Part shown: piece after piece, positions 25,044 through 37,475 of the stretch
Layout: each line of letters starts with the position of its first letter
Numbering within the stretch: position 1 is the stretch's first letter
Source: Massalongia carnosa
Lineage: Eukaryota
Reading direction: 5' to 3'
Assembly (NCBI GenBank): GCA_965645245.1
Contig: OZ287070.1
Coordinates: forward strand, 2,232,001-2,296,000
DNA: 64,000 bases
The notes under the pieces: model-generated
What the model was told of the DNA's origin: nothing
The model's database searches: none
The model's input: only the letters and a program-made list of their open reading frames with translations
Position numbers and translations under genes: made by a program

Positions 25044-26366
25044 ATGCCATCTGCAGGCCTCGTCACTTTGGCAACAGTCGTCTCCCGGTACCTGCCAGCT
25101 CCAACCCCGTTCAAAATGCCTTCCATATGTATATCCTTCGCTAACAAAACCATTCTGTAGGCTCTTCGGCTGGATCTAGTAATCCCTCCGTCCCCCTCTC
25201 CACTCCACCCTCCCCTTCCCCATCTAACGAAATACCACAGTACCCTCTCCTGGTCCCTTTCCTTCTACCCTCAACCCTTGCTGAACCTCCGCCGTCGCTC
25301 CACAATTGGTACCACCTTCTCCTTCCCAACGGTCAATGTGCTTGGCTTCCTAGCCTACTTCCTCTCTAATACCGTCATGTACGCCTCCCCGCTCATCCGC
25401 GCCCAGTACGCGGCCCGTAATCCGGCAAGCCCTCTACCGACCGTGCGCGGCAACGATATCGTGTATGCGGCCCACGCACTCGGGATGAGCCTCTTCACGT
25501 GGAGCATGTTCTGGAAGCGGGTGTGGGGTTTCGACCAAGGGGGCGATGGGAAAAGCTGGAGGATTGGGCGGGGCATCTTGGGAGTGATGGTAGGGTGTGT
25601 GGTGGCGGTCGCATGGGTGGTGGGGCTGGTGTTGATAAAGGGCAGGGACGGCGGAAGGGATCCGGAGGGCTGGGCATGGATTGACGTGGTAAGTGGTAAA
25701 ACCCGTGAACTTGCCTCACATTGTGTGCTCCATTCGGTCTCGCTGGCACTCATTGTACCAAAGTCCAAAGATCGTACTTAAGCAACTTTCGTTGGAAAAA
25801 AATCAGCTAGCTAACAACCCCCCCTCCCGCCCCCTTATGGAAATAATCAGATCTATGCTATTGGTTTCGTCAAGCTGGCTATCACAATGGTCAAATATAT
25901 GCCGCAAGTTATCACCAATTACCGACGCAAGTCGACCGTCGGGTGGAGCATCGAGCAGATTTTCATGGACGCTCTCGGAGGGGTTCTTTCGGTCCTGCAA
26001 CTCGTCATCGACTCCAGCCTGCAGGGAGATTGGTCCTCAGGCCTGCGGGGCAACCCGGTGAAGCTGGGCTTGGGGAACGTTTCCGTGTTTTTTGACATTG
26101 TGAGGGGCTCTTTCGTTCCCATCCTTCGTCTCCTTCCCTTTCCCTTTCTCCCCAATTTCCTCTTTTCATGTCCTAAGGTTTCGTTCCAACAACCTTCAAT
26201 AATCTCACTATACGCCTTTCATACGCTAACCACCACCCCTCCACGCCAGATCTTCATTATTCAGCACTTCATCCTCTATCGCAACGCCAAAGCCCCCAAG
26301 GAGAAACAAGACGAGGAGCACGGCTCGCTGGCGGGCGACAGCGAGGCCACCGCCCTGTTACGGTAA
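25044..26366 (+). CDS. ERS1: PQ-loop vacuolar/lysosomal cystine transporter (cystinosin/Ers1-like)
   Basis: [16 protein letters not shown] and [25 protein letters not shown] loops; [22 protein letters not shown]; 18-nt micro-exon at 25161-25178. Confidence 0.9.
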
Positions 26367-26799
26367 TCCGCCTCGTTTTCATCTATCTATCTACGTTCCG
26401 TGTCTGTTGCATTATGTTGAGGGATTGCTGTTGGAGGTAGTCCGACCCGCGTGCGTGAACGAGCCAGTGGAGAGGGTGAATATATGTGAGGATATTAGAA
26501 TAGAACGGATGTTGCGTTGCGTTATACCCCCTCCTGATATACAACTAGACCAGTCGTTTTTCCCCTTGTCCTGTTATCGGGGTACTTGGCCCGCGGTGGT
26601 TCACTCGTATATATACCTAGGTAACCACTTTACATTAGAGATACCCGGACCTGGTCGATGAATCGTATGTATTCATCTACCCCTTCGAAACTCATCATTT
26701 CGCCTTTCTTCACCTCTCTTTAGGCGCCTGATTCTCCCCCACCTCTTTTTTTAATTTTATTTTTAGCGCTTCGCGCCGCACTGTATCACGGATGCTTGT

Positions 26800-26875
26800 T
26801 TTCTCTCTCTCTGAGTCTGTCTCTCCTTGTCCATCTGTTTGTTTGTTTGTCTGTCCGTCCGTCCGTCCATCTATG
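26800..26875. repeat. Compound microsatellite (CT)n/(GTTT)n/(GTCC)n
   Basis: ttctctctctct...gtttgtttgtttgtctgtccgtccgtccgtccatct. Confidence 0.7.
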
Positions 26876-28418
26876 CGGCTGGATCCGCGCTATGCGTCTA
26901 TCCATAATTTATCTGTCTGTCAATAGATATCTGCTCTAATCCTCCCCCCCTCCCCCTCCCAAACAACTAGCGCTTACCTACACTACCTCCACTTTCTCAG
27001 TTCCTCGGTTCAGTAACCCGATACATACCTTGGTTTCGGGGTTTGGATTTTATCAAGCCAAGTTTTGTGTGTGTATGTGTGGCTCGTCCAAGTCTGGATT
27101 ATATATAGGTTTGAAGGAAGGGTGGAAGTTATGGTGGGGAGAAAAAGGAAAGAGCATTTGAGCTGTTGTGTTTTTTTCTTTCTCTTAGTCTTTCTTATTG
27201 CTCCTTTTTTATTCTTCTTGTCTCGAGGTTTTGCATCCAAGTTGGGAGAAAGAGGGCCGCGGGGTGAGTTGGGTATGGATATTGGTTTAAAGATGAGGAA
27301 TAGGAAAGGAATGGATGAAGGGAGGTATGGATGAAAGAGAGAGAGAATAGGTATCAAGAGTTTCACTTAATCTTCCTTGCTCTTCTTGCTAATCCTATTC
27401 ACGGACCGCATAGATACATTACAACCGTGGCCCGCCAGCAGCTTGGACAAGATAGAGAAATAAGCTTTCTATATTTCCATCCATCCACTCATCCGTTTCT
27501 TCGTCTGCGATCCAATCCGATCTGATCCCCACTTGTTGTTCCTTCTTCCTCGAGCTCCTGCATGCTATTTTCTCTTCTGGTTAGGAGCGTCCTGGCACGC
27601 CGCGCTGTCTGTTGTTGGCTGCATCGATCGAGACAAAGGTCTCTTTTCCTCGCGATGGATGGCGTTTTGGTGCATTGGCAAGGATTCGAGGATAGGGTAC
27701 GGCGACGCGGGTGATGGTTGAAGGTGAGGAGGTGGGTTCTTTGGTACGAAGCTAATTCTAGAGGTCACGGCGGTGATGGCAACAACTGTTGCTCTTAGAA
27801 GAATGGTGGCTGCGACTCTCTATTTGCACTCCAGCTTCAACGCCATTCTGGGTGTGTGCTGACTATCATACACGAATTTCGCCAGCGTATGCCCCTGCAA
27901 CGCTGGAAAGCTCCAGATGAGTACAGTATGATTGATTCAATCACACACTATTGGCCACCAGTTCTTCAAGCACTAAATATGAACAAGGTGATAGACTAGA
28001 CGCCGCGTCAGTTTCTAGGATGGCCCGGACCATGGTATTGGACTTGTGCGAGTAATACGTGAATCAAGCTATACATTGGATATTATCTGGAGTGTGAGCG
28101 AAAATCTTGATGACATTTTGCGCCAAAGCACCGCATAAGATCCGAAGAGTCCAGAATCTGTAGTATAAGTTGGATGCTGTAAAGTAATATGGTAAGTGAG
28201 CCGAGATAGCTTGTGGAGTAGTACGAGATATAAACTTTTAGAGCCGTATGTAAACATGGAGGTGACCCAATAATTTTCTTCACAAATACAATTGACGCTA
28301 TTGAGAACCATTCTTGAAATACAAAAGCTTTTCTGGATAAATCCTCAGGGGTGGCCATAGTAGGATAGGTGATAAAAAAATAGTACGATTCAAATCTTCT
28401 TAAAGAACCCAATGCAGC

Positions 28419-29890
28419 TCATTCTGCATGATGAACGAGCTCCTCATAGACCTCAGGTGGGATCTTTCTGACCCAGTTCAGCGTAAGCTCGATGACTGGC
28501 TTGGCTTGCAACGGCGGAAACGATCTGAGAAGTTTGGTAGGGCTATAGATCATCAGCATGCATCTTATCTACAACCAAACCCATATCTTACCTGGGACTT
28601 GCCATTAGCGTGTCCTTCATCATCAGCAATTGGGCGCAGATGCACAATATGTTTAGATGGGCTCCATAAGAGAAAAGAAAATCCCAAAGCTGAAGTACTT
28701 CTGGTAATGGAGGCGTACAGGCACACATAGTCAGAACAGATGCAAAAGCATATATCTCCGCCGTCATGCCTTTGGATCGCAAGTACATGGCAAGCTTCGG
28801 TTCCCCAATAGCAAGGCACTTGTCCACAAGGACCAGACCCCTGTGAACGCCATCCATAGCGCCTCGAACATAACCCGGACACTCCTTTGTGATGAACCGA
28901 TGAAACGCGACAAAGGCTTCTGCTTCGCTTCGGGCAGCGTACAGAAAGGGAGCACAAAGGACGTTCATCCCTTGCACGTAGATCCCCGGCTCAGCCCCCC
29001 CTGCCTCGGACCCTTCTGTAGTCACCGTTGGAGGATGCTGTGTATGTTTCATGACCGGCGAGGCATGTTGTAGCTCTGGGCTGCCAAGTTCGCTTGACGC
29101 ATGAATCATTCTTCCTGATTCCGTCATCCTCTCTATCTTGGCATCATGAAGCCTCCAGGCTACCGCATTTAAAAGTCTTATCAGGGAGGCTTCGCTGACT
29201 CTGCGTTTAAACAGCGGATTGGTGGCAAGTGTGCGAAAGGTATCATTGCGAATTTTGGAGTAAGCAGGTGAAGGGCCGCGCCGTATCAAATCCAGGTAGG
29301 TGTCGGTCGAGAGCGGGGGAGCGTTGAGGAGGATGAGCCAAATATATATCCGCAATTGAGACTTTACCCTTGTCAGGAGCTACACTCGATACTAGGGGAA
29401 ACAACCTTACCATGCCGTCATTATCTGCCTCTAATCCATCGCATAAGATCAAATGTCGAAGGCGCTGCAGACCGGTAGGAACATCCCCTCGGGGTCCCTG
29501 GCGCACAAGATTCTCCAGCTCGTCCTTTGGGGTCTGAGTAACAGTTCCTTTCTTTGGCGCTGGGTTGCGCCTTGATGGTACAGCTCCAGAATTGGACAGA
29601 CTTGGAATGATGGCATCGCTATTTGATCGGGTCCTGTGATGGGATGGGAGCGGCGGTAACGGGGGAATCGGCTGCGGTCCAGGGTTCTGCGATGAACTTG
29701 TGTTACGCTGTTGCTGTTGACGTTGCTGCGAGATGAGCGAAGGCGCGTTCAATGCTGCATAATTGGAAGACAGCGCATGCGCCGATTGAAGCTTCCGAAG
29801 CGTTCGAGTACTTCGAGGGGAGCTTAAAAGATGCGTCGTGGAAGCGGATGCGAGGTTCTGTTGATAATGCCTTGAAGGAGAGTTTGCCAT
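28419..29890 (-). CDS. BUB2: Mitotic exit/SIN GAP Bub2/Cdc16 (TBC domain), 3 exons
   Basis: YSKIRNDTFRTLAT, YVQGMNVLCAPFLY, YAFASVLTMCACTPPLPEVLQLWDFLFSYG; last exon ...LLRSFPPLQAK...YEELVHHAE*. Confidence 0.94.
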
Positions 29891-30028
29891 ATTCGACTGA
29901 GAGGCGTCCAATAGATGCAAGGTGTCATCAAAGAGGGTTAAATGAACTCGCGATACCTACCTCATACGTATCAACTCTTGGTGAACTATCATTTGTGGGC
30001 AGAATATCATGATAGGCGGATAAATCAG

Positions 30029-30048
30029 ACGCGTAGAGAACGACGCGT
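30029..30048. promoter_or_regulatory. Two MCB (ACGCGT) elements upstream of BUB2
   Basis: ACGCGT at 30029-30034 and 30043-30048, ~140-160 bp 5' of the BUB2 ATG. Confidence 0.5.
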
Positions 30049-32367
30049 CAAGGGTTCACCGGCATCATCAGTTTTTGACATCTACCTGCTAGGTATCTTC
30101 AACTCTGATTTCTATATTCTTTTAAAACGTGAAGCCACTCCTATGCATCTATGTTTATACGCGCTTACGACTGATTTCACTGCAAGTTTATGCCTCAAAA
30201 AGTGATTGCCAAACATCAGATGGCCAAGGCCAAAAGCTCCTCTATTAAATTCAAACGCTCAGGCAGTCTATCCCAAAGTATTTTTATGCATATTTCTCAG
30301 ATGTATTAGATGAAGAATTTTTACTGAGCCGCTCATGTCGGGGCTCGTCAAGTCTATCGGAAACTAAACGGCTGAGCGGTCTTATAAGCATGGATAGCTT
30401 CTTATTAGAGAACCACCATTACTAGGACGGCTATTAGACCCTTAGTTTTGATATAAAAGGACTAGGATCGGTTTTGTCACCCAAAATCCTTCTTTCGCTG
30501 TTTAATGGCATATGCACCTTAAACCAGGAACTGCAAAAGGTCTGGGCCGCAGAAGAAGCAACGCCATTATTTCAATGAACTCTGGATCATCAAATCGCTA
30601 AACTTTACTCTGGTTGTCAAGTACTTAGATTTGGTCTGCCACATGGAATCCTGATGAAATCCGGTCCCAGACGTCCCCAAAGAAGGGCACATATGTAAAG
30701 TGTAAATGCAAAGACACCCTATGCAAACCGAGCAGCGAGGTGTTTCCTCCCAATGGGCAATCACTGAAAAGATTTACGAACGTAACGATGGCTAAAAAAG
30801 TACCTTGGTGAGTATCGAAGCAATCTTGCTACTTGATCCATAAGTTCGGTCTTCTTTTGAACCTACACATGAGTGCAGCCAAAACGTCTAGCTAGATGGT
30901 ATTTTTCTAAAGCCTGGTAGTATCTACTATCAAAATAAGAGGCTTCTTAAATAGCGCCCAGATTCTCAGTTTCCATGTGGGTGTGGTTAATGCGATGTGT
31001 GAAGAGACGAAAAAAACAAGGCTTATGCCATTGAAATCGAATGAGAAAGTCGTTCGTACTCAAGTTATACGATGCAAAAAACCCTTTGGGTATCAATATC
31101 TCCAATCCACCACGGCAGCCTTTGATACGTCAATAAAAACCTCTGCTCTGCAGAGGGGCACAAACAAACGAAGTCTGAGAAGTCGAAAATAGCTTCCCGC
31201 TGCATTACGTTCCCAGTCTTGGACAAAGTGATATAGACAAGCCACCACGAGCCACCCCTGCATACAAGTTACAGCCTGACTATGAATACGATATAACCCC
31301 CATCCAAAAGACAATACTAATCTTCTTCAGACGCGCGGAGAAAGCAATGCACCCTTCCGCAATTTAGCGAGCTTCGCTCAATTATATTATGATACCTTCC
31401 TACTCATCGCTCGTCTTGACCATCCACGCTTCTTATTTAACACCCCCAATTCCCGCTTCCTTTCTCGCATCCTTCCCTTATCTCCCAGTCCCCCTAAAGC
31501 CCATCTCACCCCATTATCATACACCGGCTTCAATGCCTTCCGCTCTCCGATCAAACTCCTTTTTTTCAATTTCCGATCTTTCTTCCATCTTCCTTCCCCT
31601 ATCGATGGCAGGAGTTTAGTTGTGAATTAACAGTGTGGGCGAAAAGAAAGATTGACTAGGTTTGGGTTTGGAATGAATTGTAAACAAGATGAAAGAAAAG
31701 AAGATAGGAAGAATCACTCATATAGATGCGCAGCTTTTACCTCTAAGAACCCCTCATCCCTCCTCCTTCCTCCATTGACTCCAAACTCTCTCACTTCCCC
31801 TCTTTATTCCCTTCAGTCCTTTCTCCTCCTTCCTCGCCTTTCACCCCCTACCTAATCCAATCCCTCACGCGCCAGTCCCCCACCCCCAGATCCCCACCTC
31901 CCATTTCCAGTTTCCCAATATCTAAAAGTTCCGAAATCCGTATACGGAGTCTTGAATTCATCCCAAACCCAAAGCGTTGGCGCGCTTGGGGGAGGGGAGG
32001 GGAGGGGAGGGGAGGGTTCTATACTGATGGATTGATTCTTCGGGTGGAAGGAAGACGGGATGATAGATAGGGTGGCGAAAGGGAGCCAGATCGGGAAGAA
32101 GAAAGGAGGGCGAGCGATAGGCAAAAGGCAGACAAGGCCGACCGAGAGAAGGAATTCCCAACAATAAATGGACACCCGTTCGTTTATAGTCTTCATGTTA
32201 GATGCTCTAGTTTGACGAGATGGTAGAGTAAGGTACTGGCTGCACCTTCCGAAGGCCCGCGAGTTGGAATATAGGTATCTAAATAAAAAGACGTTCGTTC
32301 ATATACAACGATGCCCCGGCCCCCTTACCCCATTCCCACCAAATCCATCCCGACCCACTTCCCTAGC

Positions 32368-33949
32368 TCATCGCTGATGCAGTTTCCTCACCCTTATCCC
32401 CCCTTCGTAAACCCCGCGATCGATGGCCGCCGCCACGGTTAGAGTGCCACCAATCACGGCGCACACGCCTGTTAGGAAGCCGGAGAGGGTTTTCGTGCGC
32501 GATTCGCGGTTGATGACTTTCATGGGGGAGATGTCCTGTTTTGGAGGGGAACGGTTAGGAGGGAAAGGGTAGAAATTGAGATTGGGGAGGGGCTTACATA
32601 GCTGACAAATACGCCGGGGATGCCACCGCTAGAAGTGAAGATTGGGGGTTAGCGTGGGGAGGATAAAGGGGACTATAAGGGCTGTAAAAGAGGAAGAGAG
32701 GGCTTTACCTCGCGTGTAGGCGCTCCTTATGACCTTCTTTGGAGTCGTTGCCGCCGTGGAGGCTACGCTTATGACTCGTGACCGAGTACTGATGCGTCTC
32801 AACGCTGCCGTCGGCGGCGCGGCCGTGCGAGCCGATGGGGTAGAGGTTGTTCAACATTTCGCGGTTGGCGTTCGACGGCGCCGTCTTCGGATCCCAGCCC
32901 AGCGGCAAATACGAGGTAGAGACAACCTTAACAAAGTACATGAAATTGAACACCGGGTCGTCGGTCAGTTGGGAGGTGTTGTCCAGCGGGTTCACGTGGT
33001 GATTCGTCCACGGCATGGCCTTAGAGCCCAGTTTGCGCGTCACCTCCTCGGGGATCTGCGGCCCAAAGCGCAGCGTGTGGATGTGGTGCGAGAACGTATG
33101 CCCCCCCTCCACGGGCGTATCGAGGTAGTTATTCAGGTCGTGTACGTGCATGGCGCCATTGCTGAAACTGCGCCCGGGTGCGATATGAAAGTTGCCGACC
33201 ACCTTATTGACCCGGAAGCCGCCCTCGATGCGGCACCCCTGCTCGCGTTGCTCGTCGAGGCGCTCGGCATAATGTTCACGCTCGCATTGCTCGACGTTTT
33301 CGCCGCGGCCAAAGGCCCACGACACGGACGCGTAGGCTTCCCGCACTTCTTCGCACGTATTGCAGCAGCCTGCTTTGGCGGCATTGGAGGGAGCGGGCGC
33401 GCCGTAGCAGTTTCCGCAGTAGGCGGGATCAAGGTGGATGGCTACGCTGTCTTCGGCGTGGCTGTTGTTTCATGAGAAACCATTCCAAACAGCAGAGAAT
33501 CGCCAAGGTCTACTTACAGATTGAGGAGACTCCTGTCGATGGGACGACCGCCTTCCTTAAGGGGGGCTAGCTGTACTTTACTGATTCCATGTTGTACCCC
33601 CGTCTGCTGCTCCCCTGACACATCCATTACATCTAGCGTAAGCAGCTCGCACGGTATGTGAGGAAACGAGATGTTCAGATGGATTTCCATCTTCTCTCCT
33701 GTTGTTTTTCGGTCAGCATTAATTCTTTGATATACGATTCCCAGTTGTATTCCTACCTCTTCCTTTATCTACGATTAACTCAGGATGCACCACCACCCGC
33801 CTGTAATCCACCCATTCCCCCCACACCAAATAAATCACTATTAGCAACGAAGCTATCGTAACAATTCCTCCAGACGTCGTCCGTATCCGTGCATCTTCCA
33901 CCGTCTTAGTGAACGCATCTAAGCGTGTGAATCGGGATTTTGTAGGCAT
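32368..33949 (-). CDS. ERV46: COPII vesicle protein Erv46 (ERGIC3 family), multi-exon
   Basis: RLDAFTKTVEDARIRTTSGG; CGNCYGA...CCNTCEEVREAY; EGCRIEGGFRVNKVVGNFHIAPGRSF; ETHQYSVT; GIPGVFVSYDISPMKVINRE; C-terminal TM. Confidence 0.95.
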
Positions 33950-34423
33950 ATTGGGTTAGGAACTAGGGGAGGTTCTGAGAGCGGTATTTTGCGCGCAAGC
34001 CCGTCGCGCGGAGGGGGGAGAGGGGAGAGGGGTGGATGGGGAGTATTGGCTGTTATGAGAAAGACCGTGAAGGCATAAAGCCGGGATGTAGTGCAGAAGA
34101 AAAATTCTCAAAAGGATGATGGGTGGATTTGAGTATTGTCTGATTGAATTCTTGATCCAGCATTTCAGGCCACTTTCATCAACTCCATAATCTGATCCTC
34201 GGATTTGAGCTAGAGCCAAAATGGTATAGTGGCCGGAGCATAAGACGGGGCAAGCAGAGAAGCTCCGAACCGATGTGTTCTGGAAGCCTCAAGAATCTTT
34301 AGTCATTACTCTGTACCTATTTAGGTGTGCAGTGCCAGGTAGAGGACATAATATTTTCTGCTCTAGTTTTTGTATACTACATTTTTATGTATTGCCGAAC
34401 TTGTTTACATATCTGGTTGTAGC

Positions 34424-36330
34424 TCAATATAGCAGATGTGCTAGATTAGCTCGCTTCACCTGTTGATCCGCCACGGCACGCGCGGTGATATTGCCTACCA
34501 CCGTCCCGTTGGCATCTGCCTGTGATGCCCATGCGCTCTTGAGACCCCAAATCTTGGCACTCACTTTGACCCCGGGATTGAGACCGCCGGTGGCTATGAT
34601 GACAGTGTCTAGAGAATCTTCGGCGAAAAAGGTCGTGGTAGCGCTTCGTAGGCCATTGTCTAAGAAGACTTCCAAGATGCTGCGGTCAATGACCCCTTCA
34701 AGTTTGAAGGATTGTGTGTTAGTGTTGATGAGATTGTTGGTGCTGAACTTGTCGGTGAAGAAGGGGTTATCGAAGCCTCGAATATTGCCACGGTTGATAA
34801 AGAAGGGGGTATCACCACCAAGGTAGAACCCACCGCGAATGGACTCTCCGGAGACGGAAGACAAGAAGGTGAAGTTAGCTGTACCGGTTGTGTTGGCCAG
34901 TGGAATGCCGCTGAGAACGATGGAAAAGTACAGCGCGCCGCTGGGCACTGTAGTGGAGTAATCATAAAGGAGAGAAGAGTTAGCAGTGGTAGTGTTCGCC
35001 AAAGATGAGGAACTCGTGTAGAGTGGTGACAAATCGTACGGTAGCGAAACCAAAGTGTAAGGTCCGCGAGGAGTGTTGGCAAGGACATTTTGACGAGGAA
35101 GACTCATAGAAGAACGATAATTCTCTAAGGGACCAGTGGGAACGATCTGCGAATACTGCCAATTACTAGCCCAGGCAATACTAATCTGTGGCGACGATGG
35201 AGGAATACCATAGAAGAACTGGCCAGCATAATTGTCTTTGCCGAAGTCGGCGATACGAGCACCATCATCAACTGGGGTAAAATGAGTGCCATTGAAAGTA
35301 CCAGGAAAGTATTGCGTGATGGAACCGCCCAGAGGTGCTCCAGGATTGATGCTGATGGCTAGCAAGTAAAGAGACTTCGAGGAGTCAATGTTTGAGGCTT
35401 CGAGGGGAGATTCGATTGAAACGTTCTTGAGCATGGGTATAGCAACAAGGTTCGGGCACTCGTATTGAAGCCCGAATAAGCCATGATGACTGAAGTTCGA
35501 TGCGTGCGTCCACTCTTTCAGGTTAGGGGATGTGTAGATGCCAATCACAAACTCCTGCGCATAGGCGATAACCATAACCCATTTCTTAGTTTCGGCGTTC
35601 CAGATAACTTTAGGGTCTCGGAATTGAGTGCTGCCAATAGAAATGACAGGATTTTTGGAATACTTGGTAAACGTATAACCTCCATCCGTGGAATAAGCAA
35701 TTTCTTGAGTTTCTTCCTTGTTAGTGTTAAGGGTGTAAATGGCAACAACGCCGTTTTTCTGGTTTGGGAAAAAGCCACTTGTATTGTCCACGTCGACTAC
35801 TGCAGAGCCCGAGAAAATTCCTTCCCCTTTAGCACCAGGGAAGATGGCGATGGGTTGATTTTCCCAATGATACAAATCCTTCGAAGTAGCATGGCCCCAA
35901 TGTTGATTTCCTGCGACAATGTCGGTAGGATTATCTGAGAATCAAGGTTAGTAGGGATAGGTTGATGGAAGCTAGGACTTGTATACATTGGTAGTAGAGA
36001 TGATAGACTCCATCAGCATCGACGAACATGCCATTTGGATCGTTCTACTCAAAAAAAAAAGTGGTCAGTATTTATAGATCGTGGATACTTTGCTCGATCA
36101 AACATAGGAACAAGTCATCTAGCGAGTACGTATTAGGCACCATCGGGTTCACTAACCATAAATTCCTTCGGGGGACTGAAATGGATCTGTGGCCGCAAAG
36201 CACCGCTATAATCGCCAGAGATTGGTTTTCCAGTTGGCACAGTCGGCTCAATGTAGAGAGCTGGCGTAGCTTGTGCATGAGCAGATGAAGCCAGGGCAAG
36301 CCCAGCCAATATGGCGGAGTGGAACAACAT
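34424..36330 (-). CDS. Secreted GH32 beta-fructofuranosidase (invertase/exo-inulinase type), 3 exons
   Basis: Signal peptide; RPQIHFSP; (F)MNDPNG split by an intron; HWGHATS; FSGSAVVD; FRDPKV; YECPNL; GKDNYA; C-terminal beta-sandwich (IDRSILEVF). Confidence 0.94.
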
Positions 36331-37475
36331 GGTGAGGTAAACAGTTATTAGTCGACCTTTGTCGTAAGGAGAACGAATCGCTTGTTGACAGGGTGTGTAC
36401 CCATCTTATACCAACAATGCCAAACGGAACACCCAGCTTTGGCTGACAGCTGGTGCATGGAAACAGCTTCATCGCGTCATTCCCACAATTTCCCCGCATT
36501 TTACATTTGCATATGCCGTGTTTTCGGAGGATGTAGATTCTGAACTAATCCTCTGCCGCTTGTGTACAAGGCTCCCCTCGCGGGAAGCAGGTTTTAGCCT
36601 CGAGTAATATTGAGCTAAGATCTGAGCGAAAAGGACCGAAAGACAGGGGTTATCCAATCATGTAGAAACTATGATGGAAGAACTTCGCCGTTAAACTGAG
36701 GTCACTTGTCAAGCTTCTTCCCGTAATGCAGAGAAAACGTTGCTCGTCTCCACACTTCAATTAAACGAAATGCGTTGGAAGACTGTACTTACACAAGATG
36801 TACGAGTCTTCCAAAATGCAGTCCAGAAAGGGATGTATTAGAGCCCGAGCTAAACCATGGAGAAACAGAGTGATAACAATTTTGAGAAGTGGTAGGTCAG
36901 TCGTGAGGATGAAAAGATCACATCTTACGAATAGATGTAAGGCTTTCCAGCCACATTCGTCACCTTTATGATCCCCGAACCCCCCAACTCCTAATGCCTC
37001 ATGTTTCTGCAGATTGAACGTCCACGTGATCCATCAGCTTGAACTGATCTTCTGGAATCGTTAGAGGAGCCTTGCCTTGTTTAGTAACGGCATGTCGAGG
37101 TTGCAAATTTTGTTCAATTATTGTTGCATGTGCGTGTCTAGCCCAATACGAAAAACGGTTTTCCGGAAAAGAACTGGCTTTCCAGCACCAAAGCCCGTTG
37201 GTAAAGAAAGACATCGAGGTCTCGTTAGATAGAACTAGAGTACGATGAAATCCATGAAGAGTACTGCGAGCCTCTGTATAAAATCTTTAGTTTTGATTTG
37301 TTTCGACTAAGTCAATATTCTCATAACGATCTCAGAGTTGGACTAAACCATTGTCAATCTCTTACGCAAAAAGTAAACCTAAATTTAATACTCCGAGAAC
37401 GTAAAGAAACAAACCGATTCGAGAAGCCTATATAGTAGATGGAAAACAACGGTCAAGTACCTTTTCTTGTTACCC

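Noticed and set aside
30200..32300. Short ORFs and G-tracts between BUB2 and ERV46
   Set aside because: No recognisable protein; the G-run at ~31988-32016 could form a G-quadruplex, but such tracts are common in this window.
34215..34275. ggtatagtgg resembling a tRNA D-arm
   Set aside because: No T-loop or cloverleaf pairing.
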